This document shows, one piece after another, positions 18,652 to 27,426 of a DNA stretch of 64,000 nucleotides. A program made the translations under genes and the position numbers. Each line of letters starts with the position of its first letter. Positions within the stretch are counted from its first letter, which is position 1. The DNA is from a virus (lineage: Duplodnaviria > Heunggongvirae > Uroviricota > Caudoviricetes). The DNA is taken from the IMG/VR virus record IMGVR_UViG_3300045049_000270; one strand, given 5' to 3'. The notes below the pieces were generated by a model. The model ran no database searches and was not told where the DNA came from. It worked only from the letters and a program-made list of their open reading frames with translations.

Positions 18652-19173
18652 ATGATAGTTTCAATGATAGTTGCCATTGCTAAAAATGGCTGTATCGGTA
18701 AAGACAATGAATTGCCTTGGCCGAGAATTGCACAAGATATGAAGTGGTTTAAAACTCATACCTCTGATAAGATTGTCCTTATGGGCAGCAACACATGGTA
18801 TAGTTTACCAAAACGTCCGCTTGCAAACAGAATTAACGTAGTAATTTCTTCGAAAAGTGCTACATCATTCTTTGATGGGGATCTCGGAGCTGAGCCCGAC
18901 CATGTGGTAAATGGTACTCCTGAAGAAATCATAACACAGCTTAGGAAGCGTTATCCAGACCACCAAGAGCTCATGATTATTGGTGGTGCCCAGGTATATA
19001 ATCTCTTTGCAAACGTGGCAAATCGTCTATACGTCACTCGTATAGACAAGGAATTCGAAGGGGATTGCTTCTTAAATCTCAACACCACAGATTATCAAGA
19101 TCCATTCTTTTCTCATACCACTAAGGGGGATGACTTCGATATCACATATGAAATAATGGACAAAAAGCTATGA
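18652..19173 (+). CDS. folA: dihydrofolate reductase
   Basis: IGKDNELPW, DMKWFK, MGSNTW, RPLANRINVV, IIGGAQVY. Confidence 0.95.
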   Translation: MIVSMIVAIAKNGCIGKDNELPWPRIAQDMKWFKTHTSDKIVLMGSNTWYSLPKRPLANRINVVISSKSATSFFDGDLGAEPDHVVNGTPEEIITQLRKRYPDHQELMIIGGAQVYNLFANVANRLYVTRIDKEFEGDCFLNLNTTDYQDPFFSHTTKGDDFDITYEIMDKKL

Positions 19174-20225
19174 CACATCCAGAACAACAATATCTAAACT
19201 TACTGAAGACCATCATCGAAACCGGTGATGAACGTATGGATCGCACAGGCACTGGAACAATTGCGTTATTTGGGCAACAGATGCGTTTCAACTTGGCTGA
19301 CGGGTTTCCCGCTATAACCACAAAGAAACTCGCATGGAAAGCTATTGTTTCTGAGCTGCTTTGGTTCATTGAAGGGAGTGGCGATGAAAAGCGATTGAAG
19401 GAAATCCTTCATGGCGATCGTAATAGCGAAAAGCAAACAATTTGGACTGGTAATGCCGAAGCTCCATATTGGAAGCCAAAGGCTAAGTTTGAAGGTGACC
19501 TTGGACGAATTTACGGTGTTAACTGGAGAGATTGGAAGCGATATGTTCAGATTTCTCCTGGTGGATCACCTATGGAACACGATGCTCGCTATGTAGAAGG
19601 CGAACCAGTTGATCAACTTATGCAATTGATTGATGGTCTAAAGAAAGATCCGTTTGGTCGACGTCATGTTCTGACTGCTTGGAATCCAGGTGAATTAGAT
19701 CAAATGTCTCTTCCGCCATGTCATATGTTTGCGCAGTTCTTTGTATCGAACTTGAAGATCCAAGAACGTATCGATTTGGCTAGAAAGCTTGGTGGAAAGA
19801 TTTCGATCGCTGATGGATGTGATATCAACAAACATGCAGATAAGATTCACGATACCATCGACGACCTGGCATTGATGCAAAATGTATTCGTACCACGTCG
19901 TAAACTGTCATGTCAGATGTACCAGAGATCGATGGACACCTTCCTTGGGTGTCCATTTAATATCGCAAGTTATTCACTGTTCACACATATGATCGCACAA
20001 GTTTGTGGTATGGGAGTAGGTGAATTTATTCATATTGCTGGCGATGCACATGTTTATTCTAACCATGTCGATCAAGTAAAGGAGCAACTCACCAGAACTC
20101 CTCTGCCACTCCCAACATTGTGGCTGAATCATCAAGTCAAGGATATCACAAAGTTCACAATGGATGACATCAAGCTTATTGGCTACCAATCGCATGATGC
20201 CATCAAAGCGCCTATGGCCGTTTGA
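19170..20225 (+). CDS. thyA: thymidylate synthase
   Basis: DRTGTGT, TTKK, ELLWF, GRR, LPPCH, YQRSMD, PFNIASY, DAHVY; C-terminal MAV. Confidence 0.97.
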   Translation: MTHPEQQYLNLLKTIIETGDERMDRTGTGTIALFGQQMRFNLADGFPAITTKKLAWKAIVSELLWFIEGSGDEKRLKEILHGDRNSEKQTIWTGNAEAPYWKPKAKFEGDLGRIYGVNWRDWKRYVQISPGGSPMEHDARYVEGEPVDQLMQLIDGLKKDPFGRRHVLTAWNPGELDQMSLPPCHMFAQFFVSNLKIQERIDLARKLGGKISIADGCDINKHADKIHDTIDDLALMQNVFVPRRKLSCQMYQRSMDTFLGCPFNIASYSLFTHMIAQVCGMGVGEFIHIAGDAHVYSNHVDQVKEQLTRTPLPLPTLWLNHQVKDITKFTMDDIKLIGYQSHDAIKAPMAV

Positions 20226-21026
20226 TTTCTAAAATAGAAATGTCTTTGAGGCTGCCTCTAGTATTGGGGCGGCCTCTTTTCACGATAAGTGAAATACAAG
20301 CTAGCGTTACATTAAATATTGCAGCAACAGCCTCCAGGCCATAATGCTGTTAGTCCTACCACATGGCCATATGATTTCATATAGTTTAGTGTAAGGCAAT
20401 TCTTCTGGTTTCAATTTGGCAATGCCACTATTGACACCAGAATTGGCCACACTGATTTTATCTTTGGTTGTTTGGGAATGTGCTTTTCCATAAAACTGAT
20501 TGTTTGTGCCTGTTCTATCTCTACAAGCACCACAGCCACTATTCTTGACTGATATTTTATTGATACCACATATTGGACATAACTTCTTAGAAACTCCACC
20601 ATTTCTCCAATTACCATTTTGAGAACCGATGCGCCCATATTTTTCTTTTCTTCCTTTTTCTCCTAGCTTTTTGTATTTGAGTTCAATGCTAGTTTTCATC
20701 TTAGCTACAATCTTTTCTCTTTCAGGATGTTTGCTAATGATGTCACCACCACTAGCTGGCGCCATATTATATCCACCAATATTTTCATCTAAGTAACGCT
20801 GTTCAACTACTAACAATTGATCTTGTTGTACTTCTTCAACAAATGAAAATTCAAAACTTTCACCACCATCTTTCAACCATGCTCGTTGTAAAAACAAGTT
20901 ATGATGCTTATTAGCATTCAAATCTCGTATATGAGCATTGAGACGCTTGCTTACGTCTTTTGAACTACCATAGTAGATTCTACCATCAAGCTTATTTTGT
21001 ATTTTGTAAATTCCGCTGGTTGCCAT
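20212..21026 (-). mobile_element. free-standing GIY-YIG homing endonuclease with NUMOD3-like motifs; frameshift near 20350 before a C-terminal HTH-like segment
   Basis: SGIYKI...IYYGSS..VSKRL..H, EQRYLD..GYN, N.FYGKAHSQTTKDKIS. The ORF track ends at 20307; an alternate frame continues to TAG at 20212-20214. Confidence 0.85.
20248..20280 (+). terminator. thyA terminator, lying inside the antisense endonuclease frame
   Basis: gaggctgcctc / ggggcggcctc stem followed by tttt. Confidence 0.7.
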
Positions 21027-21049
21027 ATAATTCCCTCATAATGAGTACA

Positions 21050-21077
21050 ACTATACGGAAAGACCAGAATAAGTCAA
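21050..21077 (-). promoter_or_regulatory. sigma70 promoter for the GIY-YIG gene
   Basis: Minus strand TTGACT-16 nt-TATAGT, followed by a GAGG RBS. Confidence 0.6.
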
Positions 21078-21090
21078 GGTTAGTTTGAAC

Positions 21091-21160
21091 CACAATGGAT
21101 GATATCCGCTTGGATGGTTATCAGCACCATCCGCCTATCAAAGCAGATATGGCGGTGTAA
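21091..21160 (+). pseudogene. orphan duplicate of the thyA 3' end (22 codons plus stop)
   Basis: Encodes TMDDIRLDGYQHHPPIKADMAV*, versus thyA TMDDIKLIGYQSHDAIKAPMAV* (20156-20225, also 70 nt). Confidence 0.9.
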
Positions 21161-21175
21161 ACCGTTATTGCTGAA

Positions 21176-21203
21176 GAAAAGGTCCGCATATGCGGGCCTT
21201 TTC
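21176..21203. terminator. bidirectional terminator between the early and late arms
   Basis: gaaaaggtccgcat / atgcgggccttttc with A and T tracts on either side. Confidence 0.8.
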
Positions 21204-21214
21204 TATTTCGCTCA

Positions 21215-21841
21215 TTAAGCTAATGGTGGTGGTGGGGCACCCGTACCACCAGTAAATCTAATCAAATAAGAACGGGAACCACCTGTAATGGAGCTTACAT
21301 TGCTGATTGCACCATAGGAAGTGTAAACACTTCCATTCTGGAATGTACTCGCTACGGAATTCGATAGAGTGAAATTCTCACCAAGACTAGACCAAAAAGT
21401 CACACCATCCAAACTACCATTTTGAACAATTATCGTAACATAGGTGCTGTAACGAATTAATGCGACAATTGTGCCACCTGTAGGGTTTGTATATGGAAAC
21501 CCTCTTTCATTAGGGTTAACTGATGAACCATCCCCAGTAAATCCAGCCGGATTAGAAAAGGTACCACGGTAGATACTGACATTGTTATACAAACCAACAC
21601 ACATTGATGCTGACCAATTGGGATTATCTTGTAGATAATAATTGTATTCGACACATGGAATTCCTAAGCTCTTGCCATACCAATAACTGAAAGCATATTG
21701 CTGACCAGCAGAAACTCCCGCTAATTGACTTAAAGAATAATCACCTGCGTGATCGGAAACCGCACCGTATGGATCACCATCAGCATTAACCTCATTAATA
21801 GCTTGGCCCATACTAATAGGTCCAGAGGTTTGCGTAGTCAT
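21215..21841 (-). CDS. tail fibre-associated / receptor-binding tip protein (putative)
   Basis: Coupled to the tail fibre gene; N-terminal SGPISM...FSYWYGKS pattern; rich in Gly, Ser and Tyr. Confidence 0.6.
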   Translation of the reverse strand: MTTQTSGPISMGQAINEVNADGDPYGAVSDHAGDYSLSQLAGVSAGQQYAFSYWYGKSLGIPCVEYNYYLQDNPNWSASMCVGLYNNVSIYRGTFSNPAGFTGDGSSVNPNERGFPYTNPTGGTIVALIRYSTYVTIIVQNGSLDGVTFWSSLGENFTLSNSVASTFQNGSVYTSYGAISNVSSITGGSRSYLIRFTGGTGAPPPPLA

Positions 21842-23583
21842 TTGTTATCTCCCATCAATTTGGTCAAAATTTGCATCATGTTATCAACTTTATTGTCCAA
21901 CTCCTTAATACCTTCAACCAATAACGCAACCAGTTTGTCATACTTAATTGTTAGGTAATTCTTACCACTAATTGACTTGCCAGTCTTTGGATCAATATCA
22001 AAAGGTGCCGGACCAACTAGCATTGGCGCAACTTGGAATAATTGCTGAGCCAGCAAACCCATATGTTCGGTAGTCGTATCACATCCAGTCAATTCAGATG
22101 CCAATTGATTATGCGTGTAGATGATACCCATAATCTTGCGAATCTTTTCCAATGGCATATCAATCTGGCGAATGTTTTCTTTTAGGCGAGCATCAGAATA
22201 AAAAGCCCAAATGTCATGTGCTGAAAATATCGTACCATTTGCATAAATGTCCCAAAACGATACCGATTGATTAATACCAGTATATGCATAAGGATTATTA
22301 GCAGGTGCTTTTGTATTGATTTGATTCTGTAAGTTTGTGACGTTAGACGATAATTCGTTCAAAGTGATCAAACCACCAAGGTCGGTAGCATCGATCTGAC
22401 AACGCAAGCGTGAACCATCCCATCCCAAGTAAACTTTATTATTGCCTTGAGATGCACCACCACCTTGCTGTACTGGTGTAAATGGAATTTTCACAGCATT
22501 CGCCGCATTAGTAGCAGCAGTTGTGGCAAATGCGGTTGTAGCAATTTGGCTTGAATTATTACCAACTGGAGCAGTTGGAGCCGTTGGTGTGCCGGTCAGA
22601 GCTGGACTATTAATAGGGGCATAGTTGCCAGTCAAATATGTCGTCAAACCAGATGTGGCGGTATTTACGGCCGAAGTTACAAATGCGGTATTGGCGAGAT
22701 TTAGAGAACTATCACCAGCAGGCATTGTTACTGCTGTTGTACGTGAATTACTTACTGCCACCCAACCTAATGCACCATCCGATGCCAATTCTAGTTCTTC
22801 GCCGGCATACATTGTATATGTTGTGGCTTGGGCCGCCTTACCTGCCAAGATGTAATCAGTGCCATTTGCTTGAATTGTAATGGAACCACCGGTCACCAGC
22901 AGAGTGAATACATATGAGGTACCTTGTTGGCATTGCACTGCTGGTGGCAAACTAATAGTAACTCCACTCACTGCCACATTAATGATATGACCAGTTTGTG
23001 ATGAAGTTAAAGTTTTGGTTTGATTTACTGATATGAATGGACGAATATAGTAGTTCTGGGGGTAAGCATAAGTCAGACTAGTTCCCAATCCATTCACCAC
23101 CAGCATCTGTCCTGGCTGACCTAGGGTATTTAATCCTGTACCACCAGCAGCAAAAGGAACAGTTGGAGAGTTGGATGCCGGCATGTACAATTCCGCGGCG
23201 GTAACATAATTAGCTAGGTCTGACTTCAAGGCCACGTTAGCATTTAAACCATTAACGAGTCCACTCAAATTGTTTAAAGCATTCAAAGTGGCATAATTTG
23301 CCAAATCACTTTCATAAGCAATTTGGCTCCATATAGCTGGACCCGTGTAGACAAAAAGTTGTTGAGCAGTGCTATTGTACCAGAGTTGACCAATAAGTGG
23401 TTTGTACGGTTGTGATGGACCAGCAAAGTTTTGCAGTATATTGAGGTCATTTTGAACGACTGCCTGGCCGTAATTGGTTACGCCGCGCCCAATCAAATTC
23501 AATGACGTTTGAGACGTATTGATCTGATCATCTGGTACCGTAAATGTACCATTTACCGGGGTTGAAACCACATAACTTGTCAT
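21838..23583 (-). CDS. tail fibre protein with a C-terminal S74-type intramolecular chaperone
   Basis: SPALTGTPTAPTA..NSSQIATTAF repeat, FTPVQQGGG, SDARLKENI, GLLAQ, YDKLVALLVEGIKEL. Confidence 0.85.
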   Translation of the reverse strand: MTSYVVSTPVNGTFTVPDDQINTSQTSLNLIGRGVTNYGQAVVQNDLNILQNFAGPSQPYKPLIGQLWYNSTAQQLFVYTGPAIWSQIAYESDLANYATLNALNNLSGLVNGLNANVALKSDLANYVTAAELYMPASNSPTVPFAAGGTGLNTLGQPGQMLVVNGLGTSLTYAYPQNYYIRPFISVNQTKTLTSSQTGHIINVAVSGVTISLPPAVQCQQGTSYVFTLLVTGGSITIQANGTDYILAGKAAQATTYTMYAGEELELASDGALGWVAVSNSRTTAVTMPAGDSSLNLANTAFVTSAVNTATSGLTTYLTGNYAPINSPALTGTPTAPTAPVGNNSSQIATTAFATTAATNAANAVKIPFTPVQQGGGASQGNNKVYLGWDGSRLRCQIDATDLGGLITLNELSSNVTNLQNQINTKAPANNPYAYTGINQSVSFWDIYANGTIFSAHDIWAFYSDARLKENIRQIDMPLEKIRKIMGIIYTHNQLASELTGCDTTTEHMGLLAQQLFQVAPMLVGPAPFDIDPKTGKSISGKNYLTIKYDKLVALLVEGIKELDNKVDNMMQILTKLMGDNK

Positions 23584-23613
23584 CAGTTACTCCAGGGGAT
23601 TGTAATTATTCTG

Positions 23614-23636
23614 TATTTATATGAGCATTAAATGCC
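23614..23636 (-). promoter_or_regulatory. late promoter (TATAAATA) with an upstream GGCATTTAAT element
   Basis: T4 gp55-type TATAAATA about 30 nt upstream of the tail fibre ATG. Confidence 0.7.
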
Positions 23637-23705
23637 GAGCCATGTGAAAATAGTAGTTTTGGCGATAAATGTTGTATCATACCAGAATCACAGGAAAATG
23701 GTTTA

Positions 23706-24794
23706 ATGAAACATTATTACCGCATTAATTCTGAAAAATATCAAAATGCCATAGAGGCATGGAGTAGAATCAGAACCTTAGAGCGTGCTGGTGCATATCT
23801 GGATTATGAATTGGTACTTCATGAAGGGAAGTTAGCTAATTATGATTGGACTATACCCGTAGTGACCGATATTCGAATTCTAGAGGAACAATTTGCAACA
23901 AAGATCAGAGAAGAAAACAAATATGTCAGGCTGTTATACAGTGGTGGATCTGATAGCCACTCTATCGCCGATGCATTTTTAAGAAGCGGGAACAGAATTG
24001 ACGAATATGTCATGTATTCATGGGAATCAATGTATGATGATTGTCTAGATTCTCCGTTCAATGTCAATATGAAGATTCGTTGGTTAATGGAATTGCATGA
24101 AAAATACAATATGCCATTTACCAAAATGACCGTGATGGAAGTGGGTCGTGAGATTCACGAAACGTTTTTTGAAAAGAATTGGTATTTGAAACATGCTGGC
24201 CATGCTGGAACCGAAAGTTTCAACGTTAACCATCTAGGTGATATGGCCAAATTCGCCCCCTTACCACCATCAGTGACTGATTATGTGGAAGTTCTTGGTA
24301 AAGAAAAACCACGCATTTTTAGTGATGGCAATGAAATTTGGTACCAGATGAATGATAAGAATACGATGTATTCGGCATCGCCCGAAAGAAATAATATTTG
24401 GTTCTATCTGTCTCCTGAAGCACCGGAACTTATTCGTGCTCAATGCCAAGGAGCCATTGCAGTAGCTCGCGGTTTATTCCCAAACCTACCATTCGCCCAA
24501 GCAATTCATAAACTGCAAAATGATCGCAATTTCTACCATGAGTGGTGTACAAGTGTTGGGCGCGTCACTACTAGGTTTCAGAATTCATTCATTATCAAAA
24601 GTAAGAATGTTGGACAATCACTAACAAACAATCATCGTTACCATCATGTAGATAATTATGCTGCTGATCGAAACCCTACTTGGAAGAACTACGAAGATTA
24701 TATCAATGTGGTTAGGGATTTGAGTGCTGATGGCACAACACTACCTGGAATTAATACACAGAAATTTATATTGGAGAGATTATGTTCACAATAA
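23706..24794 (+). CDS. PP-loop / adenine nucleotide alpha-hydrolase-like protein
   Basis: LLYSGGSDS PP-loop motif; GKEKP. Confidence 0.65.
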   Translation: MKHYYRINSEKYQNAIEAWSRIRTLERAGAYLDYELVLHEGKLANYDWTIPVVTDIRILEEQFATKIREENKYVRLLYSGGSDSHSIADAFLRSGNRIDEYVMYSWESMYDDCLDSPFNVNMKIRWLMELHEKYNMPFTKMTVMEVGREIHETFFEKNWYLKHAGHAGTESFNVNHLGDMAKFAPLPPSVTDYVEVLGKEKPRIFSDGNEIWYQMNDKNTMYSASPERNNIWFYLSPEAPELIRAQCQGAIAVARGLFPNLPFAQAIHKLQNDRNFYHEWCTSVGRVTTRFQNSFIIKSKNVGQSLTNNHRYHHVDNYAADRNPTWKNYEDYINVVRDLSADGTTLPGINTQKFILERLCSQ

Positions 24795-25474
24795 TCGGAA
24801 ATATCTCAGGTCTACCGTCCGTAGACGAGATTAGAGCATTGAATGCTAATATGGACCTAGGTTCAACTGACAAACATGAACTTTCGAAAGTTCATGACTT
24901 TGTCAACTTACGTTATAGTACTCAAAATAAAGCTATTGATATCATGGCTGCTCAAACTGGGATTGACAAGTCAAAGATAAAGAACGTCAATGCACCGGGA
25001 TTTCAAAGAGTTGAAATCCCACAATCAGTCATTAACCGCTTAGCTGAAATCATGTGTGTTCGTAAACCTATGGCCAGAATGCAAGTGCTTGAGCCAGGTA
25101 ATATGATGACTATGCATGTTGATGATTTAGCTGTTGGATATATGCGTCCAATCGAGCAATCACTTATTGGAAAAGTAGAATTCACTGAAGAAGAGCATGC
25201 AATGTTTAAAGCCGACAACTACTATGCAATTAGATTCCTCATCATGATGGAAGATTGGCAATGGGGTCAAGGTATGATGTTTAATGATAAAACATTCACA
25301 CACTGGAAAGCAGGAGATGTTCTATATTGGGACTGGACAAATGTCGCTCACTCAACATTCAATTCCGGCTATATTCCACGTGGTTTGTTTAGACTTACTG
25401 GTCTTAGAACAGACAAAACAACAGAAATTGTTAATGCCGGACTGAACGGTAAACCATTCTCGGTGAAGTTTTGA
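24782..25474 (+). CDS. 2OG-Fe(II) oxygenase / aspartyl beta-hydroxylase-like protein
   Basis: PGNMMTMHVD (HxD), WKAGD, HSTFN, R..FRLTG. Confidence 0.7.
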   Translation: MFTIIGNISGLPSVDEIRALNANMDLGSTDKHELSKVHDFVNLRYSTQNKAIDIMAAQTGIDKSKIKNVNAPGFQRVEIPQSVINRLAEIMCVRKPMARMQVLEPGNMMTMHVDDLAVGYMRPIEQSLIGKVEFTEEEHAMFKADNYYAIRFLIMMEDWQWGQGMMFNDKTFTHWKAGDVLYWDWTNVAHSTFNSGYIPRGLFRLTGLRTDKTTEIVNAGLNGKPFSVKF

Positions 25475-25477
25475 TTG

Positions 25478-25510
25478 AAATAATGGCGAGGGAGATCCTC
25501 GCCATTATTT
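25478..25510. terminator. bidirectional terminator between convergent genes
   Basis: aaataatggcgagg-gagat-cctcgccattattt stem-loop. Confidence 0.8.
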
Positions 25511-26520
25511 CAACCATGTTTTGACATGAAATATTCGTCTAACCACTGCCAATTGTAACTCAGTAGCAATTTGTCATAATCGCCATCTACTGCCTCGAAA
25601 TACTCAATAGCATCTTGAGCTCCCATTTGGCTCCATTCACTATATTGACCATCTGATGGACTCAACCAAGTATTGAGCCTATGCAATGCCATAGGGTCGC
25701 CTTGATTCTTATATAGTTGCAATTTCAATGCTTCACGAAATGCAGTGCGCCAGGTAAGTGCTGGTGTCGCATTGAACAATGCGACACCAGACATTATTGG
25801 CACTGATTTATAACTTTGTGCCATAGTAAAATCAATCTGATTGCCTGGGTGTGTTTCTACCAATTCTCGGTTATAGGCAATCACTGCTTGATGTCCGTAC
25901 ACCAAGCCATTTACCGGATTCAAAGCTTCAAACACATAATGTCTTTTTTCATGAATCGAACAAGTCCAAGACCAGTCGAATTTTTCATCAATTTTAATTT
26001 TGGCAAATACTGCAAAGAAGCAATGGGTATTGGCTAGTTTTGCCGCTTCCTTAAATGCCTCAGTGCGATTGGGTACCCCAGAAATGCGCAGAAGGCGATT
26101 TGGCGCTCTCCTAATAAGTTGTTCGAGCCTAGCCCAGTTATCTTCGGCCATCGGCTCTCCATTTGAAATAAAGACAATATCAAATGGATTATTAGCTGAG
26201 CGCGAGGCAACGATATCAACCTCATTCACATCATCGAAATCTGGTTTTTGAATGTGTTTGGGGATTAGTTTGATACCATAAGAACCATTTGTATTCAAAA
26301 ACGCAAATACTCGATTCATTTTGGATGGATCAGCCATATAATCAAACTTGAATGTATCGAGAACTATAGTATCTTCCCATACTACCCAATACAAACGAGT
26401 CAATGATCGTTTTCGCGCATCGGCCACGGTTTCAACCAATTTAGCCATGGGAAACCGCTGTTTGAGTTTCATGAACTCCGGGTGATCTTGATTTTTGGAT
26501 ACGAAGAAAATGTCATACAT
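25510..26520 (-). CDS. glycosyltransferase-like protein (paralogue of 33226..34146)
   Basis: YDIFFVS / FDIVFIS duplicated module, NPVNGLVYG, WRTAFREALKL. Confidence 0.6.
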   Translation of the reverse strand: MYDIFFVSKNQDHPEFMKLKQRFPMAKLVETVADARKRSLTRLYWVVWEDTIVLDTFKFDYMADPSKMNRVFAFLNTNGSYGIKLIPKHIQKPDFDDVNEVDIVASRSANNPFDIVFISNGEPMAEDNWARLEQLIRRAPNRLLRISGVPNRTEAFKEAAKLANTHCFFAVFAKIKIDEKFDWSWTCSIHEKRHYVFEALNPVNGLVYGHQAVIAYNRELVETHPGNQIDFTMAQSYKSVPIMSGVALFNATPALTWRTAFREALKLQLYKNQGDPMALHRLNTWLSPSDGQYSEWSQMGAQDAIEYFEAVDGDYDKLLLSYNWQWLDEYFMSKHG

Positions 26521-27418
26521 CTTTGAACTTCACTTCCCTTTTCCATTGTGAAATTGCGCCTTGTGAAGTGCCATCCTTGACACCACAAACTCGTCTACAG
26601 GTTGGATTGGGGTCAGTATTCAACATTCCCAATACTTCGTCAATAACGTTATTCATCCCTCGAACACCATTATCATTCCGCATATCTGATCGCATGCCGA
26701 TGAAACAACATGGATAAAATTCACCTAATGAATTCACGTAAACACTTTTCTCTTTCAATGCTTGACATTCAACTTTGTCCGCCACCATGTATTCTTTATC
26801 GTTCACTTTCTTTAACCATTGCACCGTATGATGTACTGGTCTCAAAGTTTCCTTTGTTTTGAATAAGGTGAAACCCATTGATCTAGCAAGCATCTCAGCT
26901 TTGTCTACTTGATGTTTGTTATGTTCAAAAACCAACATATCCCAATGGGCATTTCCACCAGCTTCTATAAATGCTGTAGCATTCGCCATTATTTTGTCCC
27001 ATTGAGAATCTCGACGATATATTTGATTAGTATCCTCAAGTCCATCTATAGACCAAATAACATAGCTGTTCTGCCCAAGGACTATGGCAAGTTCAGCCCA
27101 CCATTTTGGTGTACGCAGGCTGCCATTTGTATTCATCCCCAAGTAGATAGATGGATTGACTTCTCTGAAGTAACGATAGATGTCGATGCAGTCTTTCGCG
27201 GCGGCGGGCTCACCAAAACTACCACACATATACATACGATCTAGATTACTAATGAATTCTGGGGTGAATGTCGTTTTAGCTAGATCAAGAGTCATATCTC
27301 CATGGCGAAGGAAATCATTGGATAGATCTCCTTCGGTGCGAGGACATTGTGGGCAACGAAGATTGCAAGTTGTGGTTGGTTCTAAATGTAGAACTTTGAC
27401 GTCGTAAAGTAAGCTCAT
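26513..27418 (-). CDS. radical SAM protein with a SPASM/twitch-like C-terminus
   Basis: CNLRCPQC, FGEP, TNGS, FYPCC, CRRVC. Start placed at MSLLYD. Confidence 0.88.
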   Translation of the reverse strand: MSLLYDVKVLHLEPTTTCNLRCPQCPRTEGDLSNDFLRHGDMTLDLAKTTFTPEFISNLDRMYMCGSFGEPAAAKDCIDIYRYFREVNPSIYLGMNTNGSLRTPKWWAELAIVLGQNSYVIWSIDGLEDTNQIYRRDSQWDKIMANATAFIEAGGNAHWDMLVFEHNKHQVDKAEMLARSMGFTLFKTKETLRPVHHTVQWLKKVNDKEYMVADKVECQALKEKSVYVNSLGEFYPCCFIGMRSDMRNDNGVRGMNNVIDEVLGMLNTDPNPTCRRVCGVKDGTSQGAISQWKREVKFKDV

Positions 27419-27426
27419 GCAAGTAT

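Noticed and set aside
19170-20225. ThyA as a dCMP hydroxymethylase for hypermodified DNA
   Set aside because: It retains the Asn in PFNIASY typical of dUMP-specific enzymes and is coupled to DHFR.
20226-21090. Group I intron in thyA
   Set aside because: thyA is complete before the insert, the endonuclease is antisense and fills nearly all the space, and no P/Q/R/S core is recognisable.
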